DNA of 64,000 nt from an uncultured bacterium (GTDB lineage Bacteria; Zhuqueibacterota; QNDG01; DTFT01). The notes beneath the pieces are model-generated. The model did not search any database. It saw only the letters and a program-made list of their open reading frames with translations, and was not told the origin of the DNA. A program made the translations under genes and the position numbers. The stretch spans positions 64,001 to 128,000 of the forward strand of contig CAVTNR010000014.1 in NCBI GenBank assembly GCA_963736115.1, in the 5' to 3' direction. Shown piece after piece: positions 1 through 9,288 of this stretch; position 1 is the first letter of the stretch, and each line of letters starts with the position of its first letter.

Positions 1-70
1 CAATTTCAAGGAGAAGGCGCAGTTCGCGGCCGAGGAATCGGCCCAGACCGCGCCGAAAGTCCAGTTCTGA
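1..70 (+). CDS. 3' end of a CDS entering the window (…NFKEKAQFAAEESAQTAPKVQF*)
   Basis: Open frame from position 2 to TGA 68-70, followed by a terminator; product not identifiable. Confidence 0.5.
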   Translation, partial: NFKEKAQFAAEESAQTAPKVQF

Positions 71-100
71 CCGTTTCCCGATTTTTCAAAACGGATTTTC

Positions 101-142
101 CCATCCCGCCTTCCTTACAAGGGAAGGCGGGATGGCCTTTTT
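101..142 (+). terminator. Intrinsic terminator
   Basis: CCATCCCGCCTTCC / GGAAGGCGGGATGG stem followed by CCTTTTT. Confidence 0.8.
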
Positions 143-218
143 CGGAACGGAGTCAGCCGGCCGCCCGGCAGGCGCTCTGATCGCCATAGGGTTCCACCCC
201 GCGATCCGGGGCCAAGTC

Positions 219-245
219 GTAGGGTGGGCCTTCGGCCCACCCTAC
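219..245. repeat. GTAG-type REP-like palindrome
   Basis: GTAGGGTGGGCC-TTC-GGCCCACCCTAC; related copies at 21448-21515. Confidence 0.6.
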
Positions 246-263
246 AACTGAGGAAATGAAACA

Positions 264-3239
264 ATGACCGAACCTGAAGAAAATAGCCGATCCGCAACTC
301 CGGAAGATGGGGGCGTCGACCTGACCCCGAGCCAGCGCCAGGCCGTCGAGCACGGAAACGGTCCCCTGCTGATCGTGGCGGGCGCGGGCACGGGGAAAAC
401 ACTCGTTCTCACTCGGCGCATCGCGCACCTGATCCGGTCCAAACGCTTCAGGCCGGAGGAGATTCTGGCCCTCACGTTCACGGAAAAAGCCGCGGCCGAG
501 ATGGCTGAACGCGTGGATGTGCTTCTGCCCTACGGTTTCGCGGCAGTGAATGTGTCCACCTTCCATGCCTTCGGGGACCGGATTCTCCGGGAGTATGCGA
601 TCGAGCTCGGGCTGAATCCCGATTTTCAGGTGCTCTCCGAGGCCGAGCAGGTCATCCTGTTCCGGGAGCACCTTTTTGATTTTCCTCTGAAACATTACCG
701 GCCTCTCTCTGATCCCACCAAGTTCATTCAGGCCATGTTGAAAGTCATTTCCCGGGCGAAGGACGAGGACGTGTCCCCTGAGGACTATGCGGCTTACGTG
801 GCCGCCCTGCGGAAGGATCCGAAATCGGACCCGGAGGAAACCGGACGGCAGGCCGAAATCGCCGGAACCTACGCGGCTTACCAGCGCCTGCTGGCTGAGA
901 AGGGGAAGGCCGATTTCGGCGACCAGGTCACGCTGACTCTCCGGCTGTTCCGCGAACGGCCGCATGTGCTCAGCGAGGTCCATAAGCGGTACCGGGCCAT
1001 TCTGGTGGACGAGTTTCAGGACACGAACTACGCGCAGTTCCAGATGGTCCAAATGCTGGGCGGCCCTGAGGCCAATGTCACCGTGGTCGGCGACGACGAC
1101 CAGTCGATCTACAAGTTCAGGGGCGCCGCGATTTCCAACATCCTGGGCTTCAGAAAGACGTATCCACAGGCCCGGCTGGTCGTGCTCACCGGGAATTTCC
1201 GCTCCAGTCAGGAGATTCTTGACACGGCCTACCGGCTCATCCAGCACAACAATCCCGACCGGCTCGAGGTGCAGGAGCAGTTCGACAAGCGGCTGGTCTC
1301 GAACCGTGCCGAAGGCTCTCCGGTCGAACATATCCATGCGGATTCCCTGACTTCCGAGTCGGACCGGGTGGCGGCCCTGATTCAGGAAATGCTCGAGTCC
1401 GGGAAGGCCGTTCCGAACGACATTGCCATACTGGTACGGTCCAACTCGGACGCGGACCCTTTTCTGCGGGCGTTGAATCTCAAGAATATCCCGTGGCGTT
1501 TTTCAGGAAACCGGGGTCTGTACGGCAGGAGCGAGGTCCGCCTGCTGATTTCCTTTCTCCGTACGATTTCCGATTCCGGGGATTCGCTGAACCTTTTCGC
1601 TTTCGCGTCCTCTCCTGTGTACCAGATGCCGATGGAGGATCTTCTGCTGTGCGCGAACGCGGCCCGGCGTTCAAACCGGCCGCTGATGGACGTATTCCGG
1701 ACCGCGGCAACCGAAGATCCGGCGAAGAGCGGACGGCCCGAAACGGATTCTTCGAAGAATCGGGATCCGCTCGCCGGTCTGACGGACGAGGGCCGCATCA
1801 CGGTCCGGAAGCTCACGGCGGATATCCGCGCGTACGCCGAACTGTCGCGTGACCACGCGACGGGCGTCGTCCTGTATCAGTTCCTGATGCAGTCCGGTTT
1901 TCTGAAGCGTCTGTCCCAGAGCGCGGACCCGGAGGACGGCGTCCGCATTCAGAACATCGCCCGGTTCTTCGACGTGGTCGGATCCTTCGGCCGGATGGCC
2001 GAGGAGGATCGTGTGTTTCAGTTCGTCCGGCACCTCGAAATGCTCATGGAGGCGGGCGACGATCCCGGCACCGCGGAGACGGATCCGGACCTGGAGGCGG
2101 TCAGCGTGCTCACCGTGCACCGGGCCAAGGGGCTTGAGTGGCCGGTGGTGTTCATGGTCAGCCTGGTCCATCAGAAATTCCCCCACACCCGGCGGTCCGA
2201 CGCGCTTGATTTGCCAGAAGCACTGGTCCGGGATGAGCCCCCGAAAGGCGATTTTCACATGCAGGAGGAGCGGCGGTTGTTCTATGTGGCCATGACGCGG
2301 GCCCGGGACCGGCTGTTTTTCACGGGTGGAGCGGATTACGGGGGCGCCCGGATCCGGAAAGTCAGCCCCTTCGTGCTCGAGGCCCTGGACCGGCCGCATG
2401 TGGACCAGGTGAACTTCCGGTCCGGCGCGGAGGAACGGATCCGGCGTTTCGCGCCGATCGAGACCTCCTTCACGGAGCTGTCCGCGCCTCTTCCGGACGA
2501 CCGTGTGCTGCAGCTCTCGCACTTTCAGGTGGACGATTACCTCACCTGCCCCCTTAAATACAAGTATGTCCACATCCTGCGCGTACCCATACTCGAGCAC
2601 CACACCGTGGTGTACGGGAAATCCCTGCACAAGGCAGTCGAACTGTACCACGAACGAAAAACGAGCAGGGTCCCGGTCGCGCTGGAGGACCTTTTGGCCG
2701 CCTTCGAATCCGAATGGAAGAGCACGGGATTCCTGTCGGCCGCTCACGAGGAACAGCGCTTCGAGGCCGGGCGGAACGCGCTTCGGCGTTTCTTCGAGAC
2801 CGAGGAGACATCGGGCGCTGTGCCGATCCTGGTGGAGGAAAAATTCAGTTTCCTCATCGGGTACAACCGGATGGAGGGGCGCTGGGACCGGGTCGACGAA
2901 AGGGACGGCCGTATCGTGATCGTCGATTTTAAGTCCTCCGAAGTGTACCAGCAGGAGGCCGCGGACAAGCGGGCCGCTGAAAGCCTCCAGCTGGCCATAT
3001 ACGCCATGGCCTTTCAGAGGGCCTTCGATCGGCCCGTGGAATCCACGGAGCTCCGGTTCCTGGAATCGGGCCTGGTCGGTCGGGCGCCGGTCACGCCGAA
3101 GCGGCTGGAAAAGACGGAAACGGCCGTGCTTGAGGCCGCAGCCGGGATTCGCGGCCGGGACTACACAGCCAAACCTTCCTACCAGAGCTGTCGGTTCTGC
3201 GCCTATTCCGAGGTATGCCCCAGCGCGGCCGGGAGATGA
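264..3239 (+). CDS. UvrD/PcrA-family SF1 helicase fused to C-terminal PD-(D/E)XK nuclease with Fe-S cysteines (AddA/AdnB-like)
   Basis: AGAGTGKT, LVDEFQD, VGDDDQSIY, TVHRAKGLEW, EERRLFYVAMTRA; nuclease GRWDRVD…IVDFKS, QLAIYA; Cys in YLTCPLKY and CRFCAYSEVC. Confidence 0.93.
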   Translation: MTEPEENSRSATPEDGGVDLTPSQRQAVEHGNGPLLIVAGAGTGKTLVLTRRIAHLIRSKRFRPEEILALTFTEKAAAEMAERVDVLLPYGFAAVNVSTFHAFGDRILREYAIELGLNPDFQVLSEAEQVILFREHLFDFPLKHYRPLSDPTKFIQAMLKVISRAKDEDVSPEDYAAYVAALRKDPKSDPEETGRQAEIAGTYAAYQRLLAEKGKADFGDQVTLTLRLFRERPHVLSEVHKRYRAILVDEFQDTNYAQFQMVQMLGGPEANVTVVGDDDQSIYKFRGAAISNILGFRKTYPQARLVVLTGNFRSSQEILDTAYRLIQHNNPDRLEVQEQFDKRLVSNRAEGSPVEHIHADSLTSESDRVAALIQEMLESGKAVPNDIAILVRSNSDADPFLRALNLKNIPWRFSGNRGLYGRSEVRLLISFLRTISDSGDSLNLFAFASSPVYQMPMEDLLLCANAARRSNRPLMDVFRTAATEDPAKSGRPETDSSKNRDPLAGLTDEGRITVRKLTADIRAYAELSRDHATGVVLYQFLMQSGFLKRLSQSADPEDGVRIQNIARFFDVVGSFGRMAEEDRVFQFVRHLEMLMEAGDDPGTAETDPDLEAVSVLTVHRAKGLEWPVVFMVSLVHQKFPHTRRSDALDLPEALVRDEPPKGDFHMQEERRLFYVAMTRARDRLFFTGGADYGGARIRKVSPFVLEALDRPHVDQVNFRSGAEERIRRFAPIETSFTELSAPLPDDRVLQLSHFQVDDYLTCPLKYKYVHILRVPILEHHTVVYGKSLHKAVELYHERKTSRVPVALEDLLAAFESEWKSTGFLSAAHEEQRFEAGRNALRRFFETEETSGAVPILVEEKFSFLIGYNRMEGRWDRVDERDGRIVIVDFKSSEVYQQEAADKRAAESLQLAIYAMAFQRAFDRPVESTELRFLESGLVGRAPVTPKRLEKTETAVLEAAAGIRGRDYTAKPSYQSCRFCAYSEVCPSAAGR

Positions 3240-3357
3240 GGCCCGGAACCGGGAACCGGAAGGGGGGAGTCGGGGTTCACTTATATCCGGCATTCTTCAG
3301 CGTACCGCCGGCCGGATCAGCCGGAAATGATTGATTAACATAGAACGGAGATCGTGC

Positions 3358-3873
3358 ATGGATTTCTTTGAAACGGTTCAGGCCAGGCGTTCGGTGCGCT
3401 CATTCAAACCGGATCCCGTGGACGCTGAGGCGCTCAGCGGTATTCTGGAGGCGGCCCGTCTGGCGCCATCCGCGAACAACAGGCAGGAATGGCGATTTGT
3501 CGTCGTGCGGGATCCGTTGACGCGTCAGATGCTTTCAATTGCCGCGGAGGGACAGGCCTTCGTGGCTGAGGCGCCCGTGGTCATCGCGGCTTGCGCCTCG
3601 GAATCGGATCATATCATGCACTGCGGCCATCCGGCCTATGCCGTTGACCTGGCCATCGCCATCGAGCACATGGTTCTGGCCGCGGCCAGCCTCGGGTTGG
3701 GAACTTGCTGGATCGGCGCGTTCAATCAGGCGAGGGTACGGGAAATCCTCGGTATTCCCGATTCCGTGGCGGTCGTGGAACTCCTGGCCCTGGGCCATCC
3801 GGCGGCCGTTCCCGGCCCCAGGCCGCGCAAATCCATGAATGAGATTGTGGCGTACGAGAAGTGGACGTTTTGA
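3358..3873 (+). CDS. Nitroreductase family protein
   Basis: RRSVRSF, APSANNRQEWRFVVV, LGLGTCWIGAF; ATG 3358 after GGAG. Confidence 0.93.
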   Translation: MDFFETVQARRSVRSFKPDPVDAEALSGILEAARLAPSANNRQEWRFVVVRDPLTRQMLSIAAEGQAFVAEAPVVIAACASESDHIMHCGHPAYAVDLAIAIEHMVLAAASLGLGTCWIGAFNQARVREILGIPDSVAVVELLALGHPAAVPGPRPRKSMNEIVAYEKWTF

Positions 3874-3910
3874 TCAGATCTCGGATTTCCGAATACGGAA
3901 TTGAAGCGGC

Positions 3911-4164
3911 CGGTAGCCGCGGGCTTCAGCCCGCGTTTGAAAAAGAATCGCCAGACCATAAGTGACCGGTAGCCGCGGGCTTTAACCCGCGTTTGAAAGA
4001 GAATCGCCAGACCATAAGTGACCGGTAGCCGCGGGCTTTAACCCGCGTTTGAAAGAGAATCGCCAGACCAAAAGCGATCGGTAGCCGCGGGCTTCAGCCC
4101 GCGTTTGAAAGAGAATCGCCAGACCATAAGTGATCGGTAGCCGCGGGCTTCAGCCCGCGTTTGA
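3911..4164. repeat. Tandem array of 4.5 x 56-bp units, each carrying a GTAG-type REP hairpin
   Basis: Units start at 3911, 3967, 4023, 4079 and 4135; GTAGCCGCGGGCTT(C/T)A(G/A)CCCGCG plus a nearly invariant linker. Confidence 0.9.
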
Positions 4165-4235
4165 GACCATTTGAATAGAACGTAAGACTTGTCCGAAAGG
4201 CCCGCTGAGAAAACGCGGGCCATTTCGGACCTACA

Positions 4236-4284
4236 TTTGAACTTTGAACTTTGAACTTTGAACTTTGAACTTTGAACTTTGAAC
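4236..4284. repeat. (TTTGAAC)7 heptamer array
   Basis: Seven perfect copies just upstream of the FmdB gene. Confidence 0.95.
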
Positions 4285-4298
4285 TCAGAGGTTTCTTT

Positions 4299-4526
4299 AT
4301 GCCCACTTACGAATTCAGCTGTAAAAAATGCGACAACCGGTTCAGCACATTCACGACGATTTCGCGCAAATCCGAGATACGGTGCCCCCAATGCGGGGCC
4401 GAGGATCTGAGGGAACACTACGGCGTGCCCTCAATCGGGGGCAGTCTTTCAGCCCCGTCCGCCGGAACCGGAGGCCATAGCTGCGGCGGATCCTGCTCGG
4501 GCTGCGGCGGATCCTGTAAAACCTGA
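4299..4526 (+). CDS. FmdB-family zinc-ribbon regulatory protein
   Basis: MPTYEFSCKKC…CPQCG plus Cys/Gly-rich tail; GAGG RBS. Confidence 0.9.
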   Translation: MPTYEFSCKKCDNRFSTFTTISRKSEIRCPQCGAEDLREHYGVPSIGGSLSAPSAGTGGHSCGGSCSGCGGSCKT

Positions 4527-4552
4527 TCCCCGGACGAAGCGTGCGAGCGGAC

Positions 4553-4873
4553 ATGGAAAAAGAAGCCCTTCCCGGATCATTCGACGATTTGCTGACGCAG
4601 GCCGGCCTGCCGGTTCTCGTCGATTTCCGCGCGGACTGGTGCGGCGCGTGTCGTTCCCTGGATCCCGTTCTGAAGCGGATCGCAGCCGGGTACAAGGGCC
4701 GGGTTCTGACGATCCGCATCGATGTGGACAAACGGCCCGCGATCGCATCCCGATATGAGGTGTCCGGCATTCCGACGGTCATCCTGTTCCGGTCCGGCAG
4801 ACCCGTGATGCGTTTCTCCGGCGCTTTACCGTTTGATGAATTCAAAAAACAACTGGACCAGGCGCTTCTGTAA
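4553..4873 (+). CDS. Thioredoxin
   Basis: VLVDFRADWCGAC, cis-Pro motif GIPTVILF. Confidence 0.92.
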   Translation: MEKEALPGSFDDLLTQAGLPVLVDFRADWCGACRSLDPVLKRIAAGYKGRVLTIRIDVDKRPAIASRYEVSGIPTVILFRSGRPVMRFSGALPFDEFKKQLDQALL

Positions 4874-4911
4874 AACGATTTCGTCCAGCCCTCCAACCCG
4901 GTTTACCAGGA

Positions 4912-5529
4912 ATGAGCCCAGACCCTTCCATTCATCCCATGCTCGAAATCGAGAGCCGCATCCGCGAATCCGGCGTGGAATGGATAGCCGGAGTGGACGA
5001 GGCGGGCCGCGGTCCTCTGGCCGGTCCGGTGGTGGCCGCGGCCGTGATGTTCCGTCCGGATGACTTCCATGACCGCGTGCGCGATTCAAAGAAAATCCGG
5101 CCATGCGAGAGGGACAGCCTGTACGACTGGATCCGTGAAAACGCGGCATCCGTGGGCGTCGGGATTGTGGGGCCGGAACGCATCGACGAGATCAACATAC
5201 TCCAGGCGACCTATGCGGCCATGCGCGAAGCCCTTGCCTCCCTGTCGCCTGCACCCAGGCATATTATAGTCGATGGGAGACCCATTTCCGGAGCTTCGAC
5301 ACCGCAAACCGCAGTGATCCGCGGAGACGCCAGGTGCTTCAGCGTGGCGGCGGCTTCCATCATCGCCAAAGTGGTCCGCGACCGTTTGATGTGCGAATAT
5401 GACAAGGCGTATCCGCATTACGGATTTGCACGGCACAAGGGATACGGAACCCGTCTGCATGTCGCGGCCATACGCGCTCACGGGCGCTGTCCGATACACC
5501 GGCAAACCTTCCGGATTCCGGAATGGTGA
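4912..5529 (+). CDS. rnhB: Ribonuclease HII
   Basis: AGVDEAGRGPLAGPVVAAAV, DSKK, AAASIIAKV, HKGYGT. Confidence 0.97.
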   Translation: MSPDPSIHPMLEIESRIRESGVEWIAGVDEAGRGPLAGPVVAAAVMFRPDDFHDRVRDSKKIRPCERDSLYDWIRENAASVGVGIVGPERIDEINILQATYAAMREALASLSPAPRHIIVDGRPISGASTPQTAVIRGDARCFSVAAASIIAKVVRDRLMCEYDKAYPHYGFARHKGYGTRLHVAAIRAHGRCPIHRQTFRIPEW

Positions 5530-5900
5530 AAACGCCTCGTAATAAGCGATCCGAGGGCAGACGTTCCGAGGATGAGGCCGGCCGCCATCTGGAGTCCAAG
5601 GGGCATGTCATTCTCGAAAGGAATTTCCGGGCTGTACGGGGTGAGATTGACCTCATCACCAGAGACGGGAACGTGCTGGTTTTCGTCGAAGTCAAATCCG
5701 CAACATCCGGAATGTTCGGTTCCCCTGAGGAGCGTGTGACCTGGCGTAAACGGCGCCAGATCGGGAAAGTGGCGTTGGCCTACATCACGGATCGCGGGCT
5801 CGGGGACTCGGACTGCCGTTTCGACGTGGTGTCCGTGATCTGGTCCGAGTCCGGACCTGAAATCCGGCACATCGAAAATGCGTTCTGGCTCGATCGATAG
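5523..5900 (+). CDS. yraN: YraN/UPF0102 endonuclease-like protein
   Basis: ILERNFR…GEIDLI…LVFVEVK…RFDVV…HIENAF; typical position after rnhB. Confidence 0.92.
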   Translation: MVKTPRNKRSEGRRSEDEAGRHLESKGHVILERNFRAVRGEIDLITRDGNVLVFVEVKSATSGMFGSPEERVTWRKRRQIGKVALAYITDRGLGDSDCRFDVVSVIWSESGPEIRHIENAFWLDR

Positions 5901-5910
5901 GGGGCGGACA

Positions 5911-6300
5911 ATGGAAGACACGGAATCCGAAATCCTGAAAAGAGCGGCGCGCAAACAGCGTCTGGGCCTGCTATACGAAGGTCTTCGCTGGGCTTTGGTG
6001 ATCTGGCTGCTTTTGCCTCTTCTTGGCCTGGTCCGCGGCTCTTTCTCGGTAGGCCGGGTGGTGCTTGGCATCGCCCTGTTCGTCGTTTTTTCCGGAAAAC
6101 TGTTTTACGACACCATGATCAGCGAGTTCATCCGGCAGAAAAGGCCGTCCCTGAAACAGGATATGATCGGCATACTTGGCATGATTCTCGGCGTCCTGCT
6201 GATCGTCGGTTTCGTCGTGGTGATGGTGGGTCTCCTGTTGGCGAGGTGGCAGGAGAGCGCTGCAACGGGTATGGGAGGCGGCGCAGGTTCGGAACCGTAA
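5911..6300 (+). CDS. Hypothetical membrane protein (about 3 TM segments)
   Basis: Hydrophobic stretches; follows yraN closely. Confidence 0.7.
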   Translation: MEDTESEILKRAARKQRLGLLYEGLRWALVIWLLLPLLGLVRGSFSVGRVVLGIALFVVFSGKLFYDTMISEFIRQKRPSLKQDMIGILGMILGVLLIVGFVVVMVGLLLARWQESAATGMGGGAGSEP

Positions 6301-6429
6301 GGGTTCTGAAACCCATCTCTTTCTGAGCGTATCTTATATAATTGATAATTAACGATTTACGATTCACGACGAACGATTTTCGATCGTTCCATACTGTCTC
6401 TTTCCTCCTTTCTTATCATCAAAATTAAC

Positions 6430-6458
6430 TTGCGTTTCCGTCTCTGAAAGATTATACT
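6430..6458 (+). promoter_or_regulatory. sigma70-like promoter
   Basis: TTGCGT-N17-TATACT, immediately upstream of the palindromic element at 6462. Confidence 0.6.
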
Positions 6459-6461
6459 GAT

Positions 6462-6596
6462 AGATTGAAGATTCCCCGTCGTCCGCTACGCGGGATTAAG
6501 CTATTGTATCTGTAAATTATTGAAGACAATCCGCGGGCCTTCAATAATGAAAAATCAGATAGCTTGATCCAGCGTAGCTGGGGGAATCTTCTATCT
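6462..6596. repeat. Dispersed ~135-bp palindromic element, copy 1
   Basis: Imperfect palindrome GAAGATTCCCC…GGGGAATCTTC with internal GCGNAGC hairpins; its reverse complement aligns with 48197-48328 and 61925-62039. Confidence 0.85.
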
Positions 6597-6701
6597 GCAT
6601 AGAAGAAAATATATTATATTCGCTCGCTTTCCCCGCTGTCCAGTTGCGCGGGACAGCGGGGAATGCGAGCGAACAGATTGACCAGATGGAGGATCCGGGC
6701 C

Positions 6702-8051
6702 ATGAAACGCTATTCGTGGTTATTCATCCTCGTTATTCTATCCGCATCCCGCTGCAATCTGCTCAAGGATATCCAATTCACTGCCGCGGGCCTGACCGGG
6801 GAGGAACTCCGTTTCGTAACAGCCGCGCCCGCTGATCTGCATTCCTCCGACGCCGCAGCCGCTTTTCTCCACAACGGCGATATTCTGCTTGTTTTCAAGT
6901 CATCCGCACCCGATCCGGGAGCCGACCGCACAAAAAATGTATTTGTGACGCGTTCCTCCGACCGGGGCCGGAGCTGGAACCCTCCCGAGACTGCTTTCAG
7001 CGCGTCATGGGACTTCCGTAATCCCGTGCTTGCGTCCATCCCGGATGGACCCGTTCTTCTGGCTTTCGGATGGCAGGACGCGGACGCGTCTTCCCGTGCC
7101 CATGGAGACCCGGGTTTCTTCGTCAGCCATTCCTCGGATAACGGCGTTTCGTTCTCAACTCCCAGACTGGTCCGCACACCGCAGGCAGGCCGGGTGGCCA
7201 CGTCCGGGAGCGCGGTTGTGCTCGAGGACGGATCCGTCCTGCTTCCCCTGACCGCGGGAGACGGGATCCGGCTGGCCGTTTCCAAAGACAACGGCGAGAA
7301 CTGGACCATCGGTCCTGCAATCGCGGAGAACGCGGCTTCGACGCGCAGGAATCCCTCGCTTGTCCGCCTTCCGGACCGCAGGTTGTTCTGTCTGTTCGAG
7401 CAGGGATCCGCTTCTCCGCGGCTCATGACCTGCGAATCGTCCGACAACGGGATCACCTGGAGCGGACCGGTCGATACCGGCATGCTGGGCAGCCGGCCGT
7501 CATGCGCGGCTCTCACCGGCGGTGTTCTGGCCTGCGTTTTTACGGACCGCTGGCCTTCCGGCATCGGCCTGATGCGGAGTTTTGACGGGGGTCTGCGCTG
7601 GGAGTGCATGGAACAGCTTTCTTCTTCGGATTCGGAATGTAAAATCGTGCCGATGAACGGGGACACACTGCTCGCGGTGTGCGGACCGGATCAGGGGAAA
7701 ACGGGCGCGGCTCTGAAGGCCGCGGTTTTCGCCGATGTCGCGCCCGGGCCGCCGGCCGGACTGTCCGGCTCCTACAAGCACGGAAAAGGAAATCACCTGC
7801 GCTGGAATGCGAAAAAGCACGCGGTTTATTACGCGGTTTACAGGGACACGTCTTCTCTTGCGGATCCGCCGCCTGCCGGCCTGCGGCTGGCCACCACGGG
7901 TTCAGCGGGTTTCTCGGACGTTTCCGTAGATTCGGGCAGAACCTATTACTACCGGGTCACGGCCGTGCGTTCGGAAAACGCCCCGGTGCCGGGATCCGAA
8001 GGACCGCCGAGCGAAGAACTTGCGATCCGGGCGGTGGAGAAGAAAAAATAA
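6702..8051 (+). CDS. Sialidase-like/BNR (Asp-box) beta-propeller, probable lipoprotein, with C-terminal FN3-like domain
   Basis: GGAGG RBS; signal peptide ending in Cys; repeated SxDxGxxW (SSDRGRSW, SKDNGENW, SSDNGITW, SFDGGLRW); YYYRVTAV. Confidence 0.8.
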   Translation: MKRYSWLFILVILSASRCNLLKDIQFTAAGLTGEELRFVTAAPADLHSSDAAAAFLHNGDILLVFKSSAPDPGADRTKNVFVTRSSDRGRSWNPPETAFSASWDFRNPVLASIPDGPVLLAFGWQDADASSRAHGDPGFFVSHSSDNGVSFSTPRLVRTPQAGRVATSGSAVVLEDGSVLLPLTAGDGIRLAVSKDNGENWTIGPAIAENAASTRRNPSLVRLPDRRLFCLFEQGSASPRLMTCESSDNGITWSGPVDTGMLGSRPSCAALTGGVLACVFTDRWPSGIGLMRSFDGGLRWECMEQLSSSDSECKIVPMNGDTLLAVCGPDQGKTGAALKAAVFADVAPGPPAGLSGSYKHGKGNHLRWNAKKHAVYYAVYRDTSSLADPPPAGLRLATTGSAGFSDVSVDSGRTYYYRVTAVRSENAPVPGSEGPPSEELAIRAVEKKK

Positions 8052-8151
8052 GTTCATAGTTCATAGTTCATAGTTAGAGACGGTATTCAACAAGATTCAA
8101 CAATAACTCTTTTTCTGATAACTATGAACCATGAACCATGAACTATGAACT
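8051..8151. repeat. Inverted heptamer-array element A: (GTTCATA)n … (YATGAAC)n
   Basis: Starts at the upstream stop codon; contains CTCTTTTTCT, the reverse complement of the AGAAAAAGAG found in elements B and C. Confidence 0.85.
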
Positions 8152-8163
8152 CGAAAAGGATCA

Positions 8164-9288
8164 TTGACCTTCATGCACAGGGATTCATCCAAAATATCCT
8201 TGAAGACGATTGTGGGAATCACCGCGGGCGACCCCGCGGGCATAGGACCTGAAATCACCGTGAAATGCCTCAAATCGAGGCATTTTCCCAAAGATGTGAC
8301 CCCGGTTCTTTTTGCGGACCGCGTCGCGATCGACCAGGCGGCGCGTCTGCTCGGCGTGAAAGTTGCGCTGGCCGAAGTGTCGGACCGAAAGTCCGCGCTC
8401 CGGACCGGCAGGGCAACGGCTTTCGTGCCCACCGGGGTTCTCAACGGTCCGGTCCGTCCCGGCCGCGTGTCCGCGGACTGCGGCCGGAGCGCGCATCTCT
8501 CGATCACGGCCGCGATCGGCTGGGCTCTCAGGGGATGGGTGGATGGCGTCGCAACCGCCCCGATCCAGAAGGAGGCGCTCCGCCAGGGAGGATGCCGGGA
8601 ACTCGACCACACCGGGATTCTGAAAGTCAACACCGGCGCTGTTGATGAGACCACGCTCTTCGTGACCGGATCCCTGCGTGTTTTCTTTCTGACCCGGCAT
8701 TGCAGTCTGGCCGACGTGCCGGGACGCATCACCCGCGAGGGCATTCTGCTCGCGATTCCGAGATGCCTCCGCTTTCTCGGTCAGCTGGGCATACGCCGTC
8801 CTTCCCTGGCCGTCGCCGCCCTGAATCCGCACGCGGGTGAAGGCGGCATGTTCGGAGACGAGGAGATCAGGATCATCGGACCGGCAGTCGCGGAGGCCCG
8901 GGCATCCGGTCTGAAAGTCGAAGGTCCGATTCCCGCGGACAGCGTGTTTCATCTGGCGCGTGAAGGCCGGTATGACGGTGTTCTTTCCCTGTACCACGAC
9001 CAGGGCCACATCGCGACCAAGACGCTTGATTTCAGACGTACCGTGAGCCTGACCATGGGACTGCCCTTCCTGCGCACGTCCGTGGACCATGGCACGGCTT
9101 TCGACATCGCGGGCAGGGGAATCGCGGACGAGACCGCCATGATCGAGGCGGTCATCGCGGCCGGTCTCTACGCGAAACGGGTCCGGCGCGCGCAGGCCGC
9201 GGATCGAGCCCGCCGCGGCGCGGAGTTGAAAACATCCACTGCGAAGGGCGCGGCAGAAGCAGCGGCCCGCCGGACGGAGCGGCCATGA
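8164..9288 (+). CDS. pdxA: 4-hydroxythreonine-4-phosphate dehydrogenase
   Basis: GDPAGIGPE, TAPIQK, ALNPHAGE, YHDQGH, LPFLRTSVDHGTAFDIAG. Confidence 0.93.
   Translation: MTFMHRDSSKISLKTIVGITAGDPAGIGPEITVKCLKSRHFPKDVTPVLFADRVAIDQAARLLGVKVALAEVSDRKSALRTGRATAFVPTGVLNGPVRPGRVSADCGRSAHLSITAAIGWALRGWVDGVATAPIQKEALRQGGCRELDHTGILKVNTGAVDETTLFVTGSLRVFFLTRHCSLADVPGRITREGILLAIPRCLRFLGQLGIRRPSLAVAALNPHAGEGGMFGDEEIRIIGPAVAEARASGLKVEGPIPADSVFHLAREGRYDGVLSLYHDQGHIATKTLDFRRTVSLTMGLPFLRTSVDHGTAFDIAGRGIADETAMIEAVIAAGLYAKRVRRAQAADRARRGAELKTSTAKGAAEAAARRTERP

Noticed and set aside
2500-3239. Cas4-like nuclease suggesting a CRISPR system
   Set aside because: It is the fused C-terminal domain of a UvrD helicase; no cas1/cas2 or array nearby
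3911-4164. Possible CRISPR array
   Set aside because: The would-be spacers are nearly identical between units and no cas genes are present; it is a tandem REP array
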